Of a stretch of DNA of 64,000 nucleotides, positions 23,219-36,552 are shown one piece after another. A program made the position numbers and the translations under genes. The first letter of the stretch is position 1, and each line of letters begins with the position of its first letter. Under the pieces are notes generated by a model that saw only the letters and a list, made by a program, of their open reading frames with translations, did not search any database and was not told the origin of the DNA. This DNA comes from Balanoglossus misakiensis (taxonomy: Eukaryota; Animalia; Hemichordata), in the NCBI GenBank assembly GCA_040954595.2, contig CM082586.2, positions 12,245,337 through 12,309,336 of the forward strand, written 5' to 3'.

Positions 23219-24381
23219 TAGTGGGGCAGTTAACAAAAAAATCGTGCACTTTGGGTTAAAAGCATGAAACTTGGTACACTAATGCATTGACCCATGGCGG
23301 CCATTTTCTGATATGGATCCAAAATGACAGCGCCCTCTAGTGGCCAGAAACAGACATTCATACTTAAAAACCGTGCACTTCGGGTTAAAAGCCTGAAACT
23401 TGGTACACTTATGCATTGACCCATGGCGGCCATTTTATGATATGGATCCAAAATGACAGCGCCCTCTTGTGGCCAGAAACTGACATTCACACTTTCCCCC
23501 ATTAATGGCACTTTTTGGTCATTTGTAACACTCAGAAACAGGAATGTGGGTTGTAAAACATGCTTGCTACCATACATTCATGTGTGTATTATCCTAATCC
23601 TGATATACATGTATCAGATCAATCTTGATTACATCTTCCTTCACAGCAACAATGACCACTGCTGTCAGACTAGACCTAAAGCACCTACAGAATCATGTGC
23701 ATGACTTTTGGCCACTGATTTCCTGAGGTTGACTCTTTTCTTGGGCTTGACTAAGAGTTGTCCAACTTGATTTCCACTGGGATTCTGTTGGTTTGATATA
23801 GCTTTGCTAGGTTTCTCACAGCACATGTTCTTTAGATGCTGCCTGTATTCTCAAGAACCCTTGACTTTCTGGAGAAGAGGTGTTGTATTACCCCTTTGCA
23901 TGACTTTGTGTATTGAACTGGTTGTTATTTCGAAGAACAAATCGTTCAATTAGTAACATACAAGATTGATCTGATGCATGTACATCAGGATTAGGATAAT
24001 ATTCAAAGGAATGTATGGGAGCAAGCATGTTTTACAACCCACATTCCTGTCTCTGAGTGTTAAACTTGCCCAAAAAGTGTCATTAATGGGGGAAAAGTGT
24101 AAATGTCAGTTTCTAGCCACTAGAGGGCGCTGTCTTTTGGGATCCATATTGGAAAATGTCCGCCATGGGTCAATGAATAATTGTACCAAATTTCATGCTT
24201 TTAACCCAAAGTGCACAATTTTTAAGTATGAATGTCTTTTTCTGGCCACTAGAGGGCGCTGTAATTTTGGATCCATATCAGAAAACGGCCGCCACGGGTC
24301 AATGCATAAGTGTACCAAGTTTTATGCTTTTAACCCAAAGTGCACAATTATGCCAAAATGTGGGGTTTAGCTCCTGCACTA
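23219..24381. mobile_element. Academ-like non-autonomous element, copy 1
   Basis: TAGTG...CACTA termini, 3-bp TSD ATA, long imperfect TIRs made of ~121-129-bp repeats; near-identical inverted copy at 54459-55622. Confidence 0.85.
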
Positions 24382-24628
24382 ATATGTGTTCATGCCAAAG
24401 CACAAACAGTTATGACCTGACAGCTCAGTTTGTACATCATTTCTACAAATCCACAAAGAAACTGAAAGTTTAGAAAAGTCAGGCCTGTAAGAAATATTAG
24501 AAATATCACTGTTAATACTTAATTTCAAAGCCATGTGAATTTGTTCAATTTAAGAAAATTTTTAAAGGAAGGGAGGATAGGTATTGACTTGAATAATTAC
24601 AATGGATGTTTTTGTTTTCTATTTTCAG

Positions 24629-24748
24629 ATGTGAATGAGTGTTCAGATTCTGTTTGTGCTGGAGGTTGTCACAATGCAGAGGGTGGATTCAGCTGTAGTT
24701 GTGGTGATGATGGTTTTTCTCTGAGTGCAGATCATGTCAATTGTTTAG
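24629..24748 (+). pseudogene. Calcium-binding EGF exon (open)
   Basis: tttcag/gtaagt; DVNECSDSVCAGGCHNAEGGFSCSCGDDGFSLSADHVNCL. Confidence 0.85.
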
Positions 24749-26550
24749 GTAAGTTTTTTTGAGTGGGGAAGGTATAGGCTAACAATGGCTTTGCATTTCC
24801 TGCCACAAAAGGGTGCTTACAGAAGTTGTAAGTTGCAGAGATTACAGTCAGTCACCATGTTAAAAAAGAAAATAATTTAAAGTTATCAGGCACTTTCCAT
24901 AGTTAGAAATTAAAAATATAGCGTCAAGGACACTTGGTGCTCTCTCAGTGTGTAGTGGATGACGAGCTGAATGTTTGGAGAACAGTGCAAACACCACAGT
25001 GAAATGCTGAACTGATTTGCTCATGTAATATTGAATGCAGCCTGATATGGTGGGTGCTTGACAGGGGGAAAAACCACTTGTCCTGGGCTCTAATAACTGT
25101 TTTAAATTAAGTCTTAAAAATGGCCTGCACTCACAAATGGCCTCACACAAATATATTGTCATTTCCCTCTCAGATTCTGTATCTTATGTTATACTGATGG
25201 ATTCATTGTGTATGTCATATCAAATTGCACCAGTGCGAGCTATGAGAAATGTGTTTTGAAAAAAAAACAGTGCAAGTAGAAGTACTAGTCTAAAAGTGAA
25301 AGAAATACATTTGGAAAAAAAATATCAGACAGCATTCAAGATCAGCTGAAGTGTTTTGATAAAATTTCTCCATATTCAAGTATATACTGTCATGTGCTGA
25401 CTATAGTAGTGTAGGTGGTAGCAAAAAAATACATGAATTGTTCAAACAGAAAGTTCAATCATTTAGTTTCCCCAGTTTATGGGAGCATAGCAGTTGTGAA
25501 CATAGTATATGAAATAAATTAAAATAGTCATTGCTCTCTGGTGCATCATTTTCGGTAGAAGTGACCTGATTTCACATCAATAGTTTCCCACCCGTCATTT
25601 CCAGCTAATTTCATGTAGAACAAAACGCCTATACAACATAATAACATTTCTGGAAGCTTTTTTTGCTGGTTGGGCCCACAGACTAACACTAGTGGTTCTA
25701 AAAAGAAACTTCCATAACAACCTGTACGCTTGACGCATTCAAGTCAGGGCACACCTAACCCATTCAAAATATGCAAATTAGAAAAAGACGCATATGCATT
25801 ATTTGTGTCCCCAGAGACACACACAGGAAATGAAGCAAGTGCGGCCACTAACTGGAAGAGCTGAATTCAATGGATTGCCTTACAATGTTCATGATACAGG
25901 GGGGGTGATGATCAATGAACAGAACAGCGGTCCACTTTCACGCATTGTAATGCACTGATCATGGCAAGTTGATCATGTCAAAACAAACGACGATGTTAGA
26001 TAGCAGTGCTTCGCAAGTTTGACTAATTTGTATGAAAATCGTCTCGCCAAACTTTTTTCTCGCGGGTAGCAAAAACACTGCTGGCTAATCCGTTCCGATT
26101 TCTGTCCCTGTTCCAATTCTTCCGCAACACCTCAAAGCTACACACCACCGCCAAAAACATAAAGCTACACACCCCTACTAGAAAATGGTATGAATTCTTG
26201 ACGGACGGAAGTAGTTTGACAGACGGTAGTAGCTCATACCCAACTTGACAGACTCCTCTGTTTACACTTCGGAGCCAAAAAAATGAGTTTATTGTCTCGT
26301 GCATGATATTTTTGGCTTTCAAACACTACCTTGTTAAATGTAATGTGGTTACTACATTGTTTGTTTATCAGTATACAGTACTGGTACAGATAAACATATG
26401 TAATGACCAAGTTATATGCCAGATGATATTTATTAAGTTTCACACAATTTTGCTCTCTTGTCGTATATTTTCAAATGTGTACTCAAAGAAAACTGTTATT
26501 AACATGTATTCATTCTAACACATTTTATGATATTTGTGTTTTCCCCGCAG

Positions 26551-26662
26551 ATGACAATGAGTGCGATCAAGCTGGTTGGTCACCATGCCAACAAGTAGGT
26601 TGCAACACACCAACCAGTTACCAGAGTGTGGTTGCAGACCAGGATTCAACATACATGCGTTT
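26551..26662 (+). pseudogene. Calcium-binding EGF exon, frameshifted
   Basis: ccgcag/gtgagt; DDNECDQAGWSPCQQVGCNTPTSYQ, then CGCRPGF in another frame. Confidence 0.75.
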
Positions 26663-26812
26663 GTGAGTATCTACAATTTGGAGAGAAAGTAAGATGTATG
26701 GGTTAGTACTTAGTGTCTTATACATGTATATGTGACACTGAAATCATATATTGTACAGTCATTGGTAAATGTCTGCTATTCATGACAAGGATCAACATAC
26801 AGTCAAACCTGT

Positions 26813-29800
26813 TAGTGTGGTATGATGTGTATTCCCGTAGGATTTTTGTGTTAAAATTGATTTTTTTGCTGTTTTGGCTTCTATGGGGACCCAACTACCT
26901 GAAAATGATGGGGTGCAATTTTAAGGGCCCCTCCATCATATTTTTCGGGGGGGGGGGGGGGTACTTCCGTTTTGTGGTATGATGTGTATTCCCGTAGGAT
27001 TTTTGTGCTAAAATTGATTGTTTTTGCTGTTTGGTTTCAATGGGGACCCAACTACCCAAAAATCATGGGGTGCAATTTTTAGGGCCCCTCCATCAATTTT
27101 TTTCGGGGGGTCTCTTCTGTTGTGGTCACTCGAGGATATTTGTATATTTTTTCACCTATTTACTCTATCATCATGGGAATTTGGGCTACAATTAATTTAT
27201 TTTTGTAGTTTTTGCCTTGGAGGGGACCCACCTGGCCAAAAATAATTGGGTGCAAATTATAGGGCCCCTCCATCATTTTTTATTTGGGGGGGGGCACTTC
27301 CATTTTGGCCACTCCGAAGTTGTTTGTTGGCCTATTTACTCTATTATCATGGGAATTTGGGCTACAATTAATTTGTTTAATTAATTTGCCTTGGAGGGGA
27401 CCCACCTGGCCAAAAATAATAGGGTGCAAATTATAGGCCCCCCCATCATTTTTTATTGGGGGGGGCACTTCCATTTTGGCCACTCCGAAGTTGTTTGTTG
27501 GCCTATTTACTCCCTTCTCATAGAATATTTTGCTAAAAATATTATTTTTCTTTGATGTTTTGGTTTCAATGGGGCTCTACCAGAACTAAAATGATGGGAT
27601 TCAAATTTTTGGAACCTTCCATCATGTCTTGGGGGGGGGGGTAATCATTTCTGTTTTAGCCACCCTGAAGATACTTGTTCACCTATTTACTATACGGTTA
27701 GTATTGTCGTGGTATTTCTTGCAATTTGGTTTGCTCCTTGAATGCAAACTGACTGCCGAAAAGTGATGGTGTGCAAAATGTTGGACCCCTTTACCACATT
27801 TTTTTGGTAGGGGGGGGGGGGGGTTCCTTATATTTGTTTTCGCCAACCCGTTGTAACAGTTGTTTTTTAATCGTAGATTTTTTCGTTTATTCTAAATTTA
27901 GTATACTAAGGTAAATTAAAACTCCTTTATATATAATAGAGTACATAATGTGTATTTTAGTTTATTTTCCGAGCTACAGTCCCATCTCATAAAATGAACC
28001 CTTGAGGCACCCTCCCTACCACGGAAGGTGCAATAAACAACCCAAGAAGCATAACGATTCTTTTCTGATATCTTGGTATTCTCAATGATCATTTTCACAA
28101 AAAAAAGTTCTGTTTGATCTACTCATCGTCAGTGTCGTTATCTTCAAGAAAATTTTCCCTTAATTGGTTTTCAGTCTCCACCATAGCATTTGCAGAGGGA
28201 GTACATGGTAAATCATTCTTTGAGCAACTGCAACGTCCCCTACAACCAGCTTTGCAGCCACATTTGATAAGCTCTAGTACTGCCTTTGGGAGAGCAAGAC
28301 ATTTTACTGGATAAAACACGCCATTCTCTGATTTCCACCCATTCTTTTCGATTGGTGGAAGTTCAGGACAATTTTTTGCGTATGATTTATCCCTCATTGT
28401 GATGAAGGGGTGGCACCCTTTTCACAGATCACGCAAATCTTGTTTTTATCTTTAAAATTAATTCTGTAGTTTATTGCAAAATGTCCAAATATCTATCGAT
28501 CTGGAACGTAATACGCGGCTTACGGTGCTAAGAAAATAGCCAATATGTATTTAGTAATAAAACTGAGATATAGTTCACAGACTTGTTTTATTTTCAGTAG
28601 TATTGAGCTTCAAAATGAGCCAAATTTGATATTGTTAATGTTTACCAAAAACAAGTTTTAGAAGTAAGACATAGTTCAAGGGCTTTTTACAGCACTATTA
28701 CGCTATTGGCGTGAAAAGTTTGAAAATACTACTTTAAAATAGACAATACTTCAACTGATATGTACTTCACAGGCTTTATTTACGACAGTATTTAACTTTG
28801 AAATGAGTTCAACTGAATATCATTTTAATACCCCAAAATACAAGTGTTGAACTAAAACGTACTTCAGAGTTTTTGCACAGACTGATATCAGTGAGAATTT
28901 TAGTACAATGGTAAATATCTCAGACATTGATTGTGCTACGAAAGAATAAACAACTCTTAACGAAAAAGTTCACATCTACACAGACTTCCACTAATTGCCC
29001 CGGGAAAGAGAAACAAGTGCAACCCTAATATAATATACTATTTGGTATAGCCTACTTTACTTTTGTAAACCATAGAAAACATGAGTGTGGTGATGAGTTG
29101 GGTGGCGGTCCAAGGTGAGGGGAGGTATCTTATGCTAAGTCCAAACCAGAGAGATATTTGTGGTTGATTTGTTAGTGTCATAAATCAACTAAGTATATTT
29201 ATAAAACTAAGATAGCGCTTTAGTATATGCGACAACTGATACAAATGTAGGTAACTGATATGTTTACCCCATAAACCGTCTAATATTTGAGATTGCCAAA
29301 ATGTGGAGAGGCCCTAAAATTTGACCTCCCTCATTTTTGAGCAGCCCCATAGAAGTTAAAAAAAGGAAATTGGAAGAAATCCTTTACAAATTCACATGTC
29401 ACACTATGAAGGTTAGCTCAATGAACAAATATCTCCAGGGCTGCTAAAACTAAAGTGACCCCCCTGCAAGAAAATGTGATGGAGGGGTCAGACAAATTGA
29501 TTTCCATCATTTTGGGGATGTTTATTCATCATTGAAACCAAAACAGCAAACAAAACAAATAACTATCAGCATCAGAGAATACACGAAATAGGTGAACAAA
29601 TACCGTTAAGATTGTCGAAACGGAAGTGCCCCCCCACAAATGTAATAGAGGGGCCCTAAATTTGCATGTGATCTTTTGTGACCAGGTGGGTCCCAATTTA
29701 AGTCAAAACAGCAAAAAAAAATATTTAGCAGATAATTCTACGAAAATGGAGTAGATAGGTGAATAAATATCTTCAGGGAGGCCAAAACGGGAGTGACCCC

Positions 29801-30106
29801 CCGAAAAAAAAATGATGGAGGGGCCCTAAAAATTGCACCCCATCATTTTTGGGTAGTTGGGTCCCCATTGAAGCCAAAACAGCAAAAAATCAATTTTAGC
29901 ACAAAAATCCTACAGGATAACACATCATACCACAAAACGGAAGTACCCCCCCCCCCCCAGAAAAATATGATGGAGGGGCCCTTAAAATTGCACCCCATTA
30001 TTTTCGGGTAGTTGGGTCCCCATAGAAGCCAAAACAGCAAAAAAATCAATTTTAGCACAAAAAAATCCTACGGGAGCTGTTTTTCTCGACATACCATACC
30101 GCACTA
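26813..30106 (-). mobile_element. Internally deleted Academ element with long modular TIRs
   Basis: TAGTGTGGTATG...CATACCGCACTA; 3-bp TSD TGT; inverted arrays of ~160-bp repeats; sits in a pogo-like MITE (CAGTCAAACCTGT | GTGAGTGGCCACC). Confidence 0.85.
28119..28397 (-). pseudogene. C-terminal Cys-rich fragment of an Academ-type transposase
   Basis: LPPIEKNGW...LPKAVLELIKCGCKAGCRGRCSCSKNDLPCT plus acidic tail. Confidence 0.75.
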
Positions 30107-30738
30107 TGTGTGAGTGGCCACCTCTATTAGGCAGCCACCTCTATATAGTGGCCACTTTATTCTAGTCCCTGTGCAATTTACATCTACATTAATTGACTTT
30201 TCTACAAGGTATAATGGCCACCTATCTATAAAGGCCAGTTTAGAAAAGTCCCTTCACTAGCCATAATGAGCAGGTTTCACAGCTGTTGTGTTGATTTCTG
30301 TCTGTTTTACGTGTAACACAATCATGACATTTTTCATAAAGAGGGCAGCCTTCCAAAATAAAGTGTCATCTCAATGCAGACAATGTGAAAAAGGCGGTCA
30401 GTAGAGTACTGCTCGAGCTCATCTAGTTTGTTTATACATGATACAAGTTGCGTGTAAAACTGACCTTACAATAAAATGTGGCTGTCGAACATAAGTCCCA
30501 ACTATAGTGGTGATACACAAGACATCAAGTTTTTACTCTGTAACCAACTGGCCTCGTGTTCGCGTCTTGGAAGGGTAACATGACTGCATAGCAATGTTTT
30601 ATGACAATTTGGTACATAGAGAAATGGAATACTGTGACAGTATTGACTCTGGGAACTATGTAGATGATGCCCAGCCTAAAAATACTGACTGTCTGCAATT
30701 ATAGTTTTAGCATTTTTGTTCAATTGCACTTTCAAGTA

Positions 30739-30903
30739 CAGTCAAACCCGTCTAACACCAAAGGGACTGAAGAAATTGTTCAGATTGCAGGTGTCCAATT
30801 TAAAGAGGTTCTTTCAACATGTGGTTCCATGTCAAAGGGTTTGAACAATGTCTTTGGAATAGACAGGTTTCCCGACAGGGTTCGGTTGAGACAGGTTTTA
30901 CTG
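30739..30903. mobile_element. pogo/Tigger-type MITE
   Basis: TA-CAGTCAAACCCGTCT ... AGACAGGTTTTACTG-TA. Confidence 0.65.
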
Positions 30904-32099
30904 TATTTTGATACATGCTCTGGCTTAACCCTATCACCACCATGGTTCAGTCTAAACCCGTTTGTTTTCTATGGTAAGGTTGGATCTTTAAAGAGAAAAC
31001 TGTTTTTTTTCTGGGAATCTCTTTATTTCTTCTGTCACAAAAATTGCATGGGAATTCTAATTCTAAAAGGAAAACTGATTTGATAAAAGATCTCAAAGTC
31101 AAGTTTTGGATGTGGCTCCAGTTCAAGTATTGTAGGTGACTAGTTTTCTGGAGTTCAAGTCTGTATACTTGCAATAGAGTTGGTCACATGGACTTGGGTA
31201 ATCTGAGTGTGTCAGAAATTGAACTTACATACATTGAGTTGAGTAAAAGAACATGTCTGGTGTATTACTGTAATATGACTAGATACAGCAAATGCCTTAA
31301 CTATAAGCGTATGTGAAAAATCGCAGTTTTCATCGATATATCTGATTCACGACATTAAAAACACATGTTCATTAAAACCTACTATGATAGAGCGCCCCCA
31401 CTGTTTAGAATGTCAATTTTGAAGTCCTACATCTATGACATCATGCCTAGCTGTCAATGTTAACTGATTTGTACTTGTACTACTAGTAAATGGAAGTATT
31501 TTAAAGTAAAGCTCAGATGCAAGTTTTTGTAAAATAAATATAATATTAAAACGTTGCAATCATTTTAGTCCTTTGGAACAGCGGTCCAATTGACTAATGT
31601 GATCACTCTGTGTGCGGCATATGGCATATTAAGCATTTAGTATTTTTCAATCAGAAGCCATTAATCCTGTGATTAATTCTGCTTCTTGCATCATTGATTT
31701 AAATCACCACACATGAATATTTTTTTTCCAAAGGACTGCGGTGCCCAAGTTTTATGATAAGATAAATAAACAATGAAATTCACTGAAGAAGTGAGCGAGC
31801 ACTTGCCCATTCATTGTTCAATGAAAGGTGACCACCAAAACAAAAGTATTGAGAAAATAACCCGAAGTTGGAGTTACTGAGTTTTAAATTGATTTCAATA
31901 ATCTCCCAAGTGAAAAGCTTGGCTTGGCTGAAGCTCCTGTAGTCATGTTACCTGTAGGTAGATTGACACAGATGACAATGTTTGACTGTTTACACATTTC
32001 TTTGTTTGATCTTTCAGAACATTTTTTTTCATTTCTGCTGAAATCCAGTCCATCACCAATTGTGATTACTCAGTCCTGTTTACTGTTTATTGTTGACAG

Positions 32100-32287
32100 A
32101 TTTGAATCTGGAGGTGGAAAGGCTGGACACAGGACTGGGATTTCTAAACACCCAACTATGGAGAGCATGGCAGAGACATTTTCTGTCAAGCTGGCAATGA
32201 AGTGGTATGACTGGCTGTTAGCTGCACTGGATTGTTACACCTGGGTGTTTGGTGAGAAGTTACTAGGACCAGCAGACTTGTTTTCAG
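32100..32287 (+). pseudogene. PRKDC: DNA-PKcs exon
   Basis: FESGGG...PTMESMAETFSVKLAMKWYDWLLAALDCYTWVFGE, resembling DNA-PKcs FEGGG...WLDLLLAALECYNTFIGE; AG/GT bounded. Confidence 0.9.
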
Positions 32288-32516
32288 GTTGGTCTGAAAT
32301 TTTTGTCTTCACATATTCGCTGAACACTGCGTCTCACGTGACTAAGCAAGACACCTCACGAAGACTGACACAGATACAGGCCATCCGCCATTTTGTAATG
32401 TGTTAGTTTTTTGACACTCTGGAAATGGTCTAATGCGCATGTCTGTTGTAAAACTTACGTACATTTGTGTCAGTAGTTGCATTAATTTTAGCTTCACTTC
32501 CATCATAAACTGTTAG

Positions 32517-33130
32517 TTTTTGGGGTCCCATTGGTATGTACCATGGGACCTTATGGGATCGGTTGCGTTTGTATGTATGTATGTGTGTATGTATGGATGG
32601 ATGGATGGATGGATGGATGGATGGATGGATGTCTGTATGTCCGTCCACATCAAAAACTTGTAAACCGCTGCGTGTATCACCTTGATATTTGGTGTGCTGA
32701 TGCAGGCTGGGCTCTAGATGGAAGTTCGTTCAAATGAAGTTGTCATTGCCAAAAATATGCAAATTAGCTGGAAAAATGTGAATTTGGGCAAAACTCAGTA
32801 ACTCAAGAAGTACTGGTCAGATTGCTTTGCAAAGTGGTGTGTATTTACTTTATTGAGTTGGTTTAATTAGGCAGGAACTCCCCTCCTGTGATTCATATGA
32901 ACACGGTAAATTTCTGAATGATTACATAACTGGCTAAGTTTTAAAGAGGCCAGCTGTTCTATTTAGTGTATGTGCAGTACATATGCCATGGCAGCTTATG
33001 GGTCAGTCAGTGTTTGCCCATTGATCTCTCGCTATGTGTGTGTGTGTGTCTGTATATGGCCCTGTACTCCGGTGTAGACTTTTTCTTTGTAATCACTCAA
33101 TGGGACCACCGTGTCCTTGACGCGATTTTT
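32517..33130 (+). mobile_element. HINE/Helentron-like non-autonomous element, family A
   Basis: T-run, GGTCCCATTG..CATGGGACC 5' IR, (GTAT)/(GGAT) microsatellite, 3' AATGGGACC plus GTGTCCTTGACGC hairpin and T-run; repeated in window. Confidence 0.8.
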
Positions 33131-33332
33131 AAAATATGTTTATTCAGGAAGGGTAAAAATGATTGCCAAGAAACGTGACAGATTGACTCTAGCATGGAAG
33201 TAATAGAAAGTTTGTTTATTAGCCAATGAGATTCCACAATTCTAAATACGGCGGTTTGTGCTTACCTGCCTCTTTGATGTTTGTCACTGAGGCAGGGTAC
33301 CAGTCAATCTTCACATACATCGGTCAATTGTT

Positions 33333-34481
33333 CTTATATATAATCCCATGATATTTTTCTTTGTTTGACGTCATCGTATATGAGTGCACGAGTATACGAT
33401 GACGTTAAACAAAGAAAAATATCATGGGATTATATATTTATCACAGGAACAGTCTTCTTATTTTCGTTAGAAGAGGTAGGATAAAAATATTCCAATATCT
33501 TGCTAAAATATTCGAGCAGCCTTGCAGTTTATTTAGCGGGATTACATTCTTTCCCCTGCGCAACGATCTGTGGCCCCCACGAGATATGCTAATTATGGAA
33601 TCCCTTTCATTCATAAAGTGAAATCGACTTTCAAGTTTATACACTTTTGCGTCTTGTCTACCAATCAGATTCGCGGAGTCAGTCACATGGGCCAGAATTT
33701 TGATACATTCTGCCTGTCAATCATCGTCTCGCGCTGTGTACATGTCAACACAAGTCATCGCGTCGAGTTCACCCGCAAAGTTATGCTGCGAGTCGCAGTT
33801 TGACAGAAAAAATGACGCGCTTCATGAAAAAATAACACAGTTCCATTGCCATATATCCTAAAACCGTTATTGTGACAGGATATTAAAAATATTAGTCCAG
33901 GAACGATGTTCAAGGTTGCATTTGCGTCGGCCTGGCTAGTCAGCGCCGTTGTGTTTCCGCAGAAACTACAACCCTCGTACAGAATCTCATCCTTGAACCC
34001 CACACAAATGTTTTCGATTCTCAAACAAATGAACTGCGACATTTTTCCACGTCTTATACATTTCGTTGACCGGTGGACAGAATACAGAGTGTTAGTCGTC
34101 CCGCTCAGGTGGCTCGAAATCATTCTCGTAACTTCCGTAAGCCTAAAATCAAGTGTGCTGGCTCGCTCGGGATCGACCAGGCTGGCTAGCTTCAAGCACA
34201 CATTCACGATCGTAGCGTCGACGTTTCAAATTCTACCTTTCTCGTATTGCTTTTACCAAGCGATATTCTTTCGCAACCGTCATGGAACCGTCATTTTTAT
34301 TTCAATCGTGTACAACTACGGGTTTATGCACTTGTTATTCCGTTTTACAAGGAAGTTATAGCGACGGGCGAATCAGTGAAAATAGTTCCAGTTGATGACG
34401 TAGAACAGGGGAAAATTCGGATTTTTTGTTCGACCTGTTCTACGTCACACTGGTGGCTATACGGGCCAGTTCATGTGATAA
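33333..34481. mobile_element. Hairpin non-autonomous element, copy 2
   Basis: Direct high-identity copy of 13822-15019 lacking the palindrome tip. Confidence 0.85.
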
Positions 34482-35195
34482 TCAACACAACAAATAAAAA
34501 AATGAAGTTTGTTTGTGGAGTTTTATTTTTTACAGTAACACTACCTAATGTAAAACAACATGTAGTATTGCTCATTTGAAACACAAGCAATCTCATAAGG
34601 TTGTCTTTGATTAGTTCGTTCCTCATCAGTCAATTTACTCTTTGAACAGGTGTAATACAGGTGCATAAATGGCTAACCTATTACCGGTAGGTTGGGTCAT
34701 CTAAAGCACTGTGTATTACCCAAATACAACACTGTGCTTGTATTTGCAGAATAGACATAAGGCCAAAATATTAAAGTAAATTCTTTATTTTGCACCCACT
34801 GAGTATTCTGTTAGCTAGGTGGCTGAACGGTTATAAAACAGTACACAACAAAAATCTAATACAAAACAATTTTTCCTTCATTTTTTCATGCTATATGAAT
34901 GTCCCTGTAGTGATTTGGTTCAGTGGTTGTCTTATGACTGCACAGAGTCATGACTTAATTTTGTGAGACAATATTGTCCATAAGAAAAATTTCCCAAGAA
35001 AACTTTGCATGTGTTTTACTTGAAAACATTTGAAAACTTATATTTGTGTGGATGTAACACAAAGAATTTACTTTGGCCTAATATTTAACAGACAAATTGA
35101 CCTATCCTAAGCCAAAGAATTTGCTTGAGCTTGAATTGAATTTTTTCTGACAACTAGTGTGTCATTATTTGAATTTATTTTATCTTTGCACACAG

Positions 35196-35425
35196 GGAAA
35201 GTGCAAAAAACCAGCAGTCTGTTTGAATCGCTGGAGTTCTTTCTGACAAAGCTTGCGTTAGAAGATATCTATGGTGCAGCCAAGTGTTTTGACACAACTG
35301 TGCAAGGACTGGTGTTTACTCCAAGAGAGATGGAAAGTTACAACAAGAGCGAATGTACTATCATTGTTCAATTGATTGATTTCCTGACTGTCTTGCTGGC
35401 TCTCCACTCCAATGAATTGGGAAAG
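35196..35425 (+). pseudogene. PRKDC: DNA-PKcs exon
   Basis: TSSLFESLEFFLTKLALEDIYGAAKCF...FTPREMESYNKSECTIIVQLIDF; phase compatible with previous exon. Confidence 0.9.
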
Positions 35426-35610
35426 GTAAGGATGAAGGATGCAGTTTTTCGCCTCAAAATGTGAGCACAGTGTCATTTATGCTATTTTTGTTATACAAGG
35501 GACATTTTATCAATTTTATTTCTGTTTATGTGATATAAGAAGGGTGAGGTTGATCCAACAAAAAATTACATAAAACAATATTGATTATGAGTAGTGATTT
35601 AAGGTATACT

Positions 35611-35953
35611 TTAAAGGAACAAAGTCTCTCTCTCGCTGCCTTTTATCCATTAACTATGTTTGATACTAGACACCGTTTATGTCATGTGGATATATAGTGA
35701 ATAAACGTTCGACCACACACACCTTCCATCCCATTTGAAGGATATGAGAGTAAAAATCTCGCCAAAATGAATAAACGGTAAACACCAATTATTCAATTTG
35801 GTGACTTTTTCACTCTAGTGTCTGCAAGTGGGATGGAAGTTGTGTGTGGTCGAACGTTGATTCACTATATATCCACATGTAGAATAACATAAACAGTGTC
35901 TTGTATCAAACATAATTTATGGAAAAGGCAGCAAGAGAGAGACTTTGTCCCAT
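35611..35953. mobile_element. Long-TIR MITE (TTAA-AGG end, Kolobok-like)
   Basis: ~135-bp inverted arms ACAAAGTCTCTCTCTCGCTGCC.../...GGCAGCAAGAGAGAGACTTTGT; partial copy at 62146-62367. Confidence 0.7.
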
Positions 35954-36347
35954 TTCACCCAAGTTCTCTCTTTAGAGGTCCAACATTCCATAGGAAACAA
36001 TGTGTTTGGACTGAACCATGGCTGTGAAAGGGTTAAACAGTACTTGTAAAAAGTGTTGTTGTTTAGAACTGTCCAGTCAGACCAGCCATTCACCTGTTAT
36101 ATCTCACTTCATCTACTTTGTGATAATTTTCCTTGCCTCTGCAAATTCTTCAAATATAATTTACTGGTTCAATATGCATTTACGTAGTTACTTGAAGTTC
36201 AAAGACAAGTATGACATGCCCTTTAAAAGCTGCTCTAACCCTGTTACCACAATTGTTTCTATGGTGAAATTGGACCTCTTTAGGGGATTAGGGAATGAAA
36301 GGGTTAAGAGTGAATATATTCATTTGGTTATTGATGTCTAAAGGTAC

Positions 36348-36534
36348 TGTAAAACAGTTTATTTTCGCGAGCAATAAATTTTCGCGAGATACACGAGAGC
36401 CAAAAAATAGTGAAAATAAAAAGTCGCAAAAAATGTTTTTGAAAGATAACAATGCAGTAAATGAAAATATGGAAACGTGAAAAGTAATTCTCGCATAACA
36501 GTTGCCTCTTTCATGAAAATAACCTGTTTTACAG
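36348..36534. mobile_element. TA-flanked MITE
   Basis: TA-CTGTAAAACAGTTTATTTTC ... GAAAATAACCTGTTTTACAG-TA. Confidence 0.7.
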
Positions 36535-36552
36535 TATACGTTTGCAGTCCAT

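Noticed and set aside
23219-24381. CACTA/EnSpm assignment
   Set aside because: Element starts TAGTG and ends CACTA, the reverse of EnSpm termini; fits Academ TAG ends
23230-24473. Repeated ORFs such as MYGSKHVLQP.../MLLTQSAQF...
   Set aside because: Recur only because the non-coding element is repeated; no protein motifs
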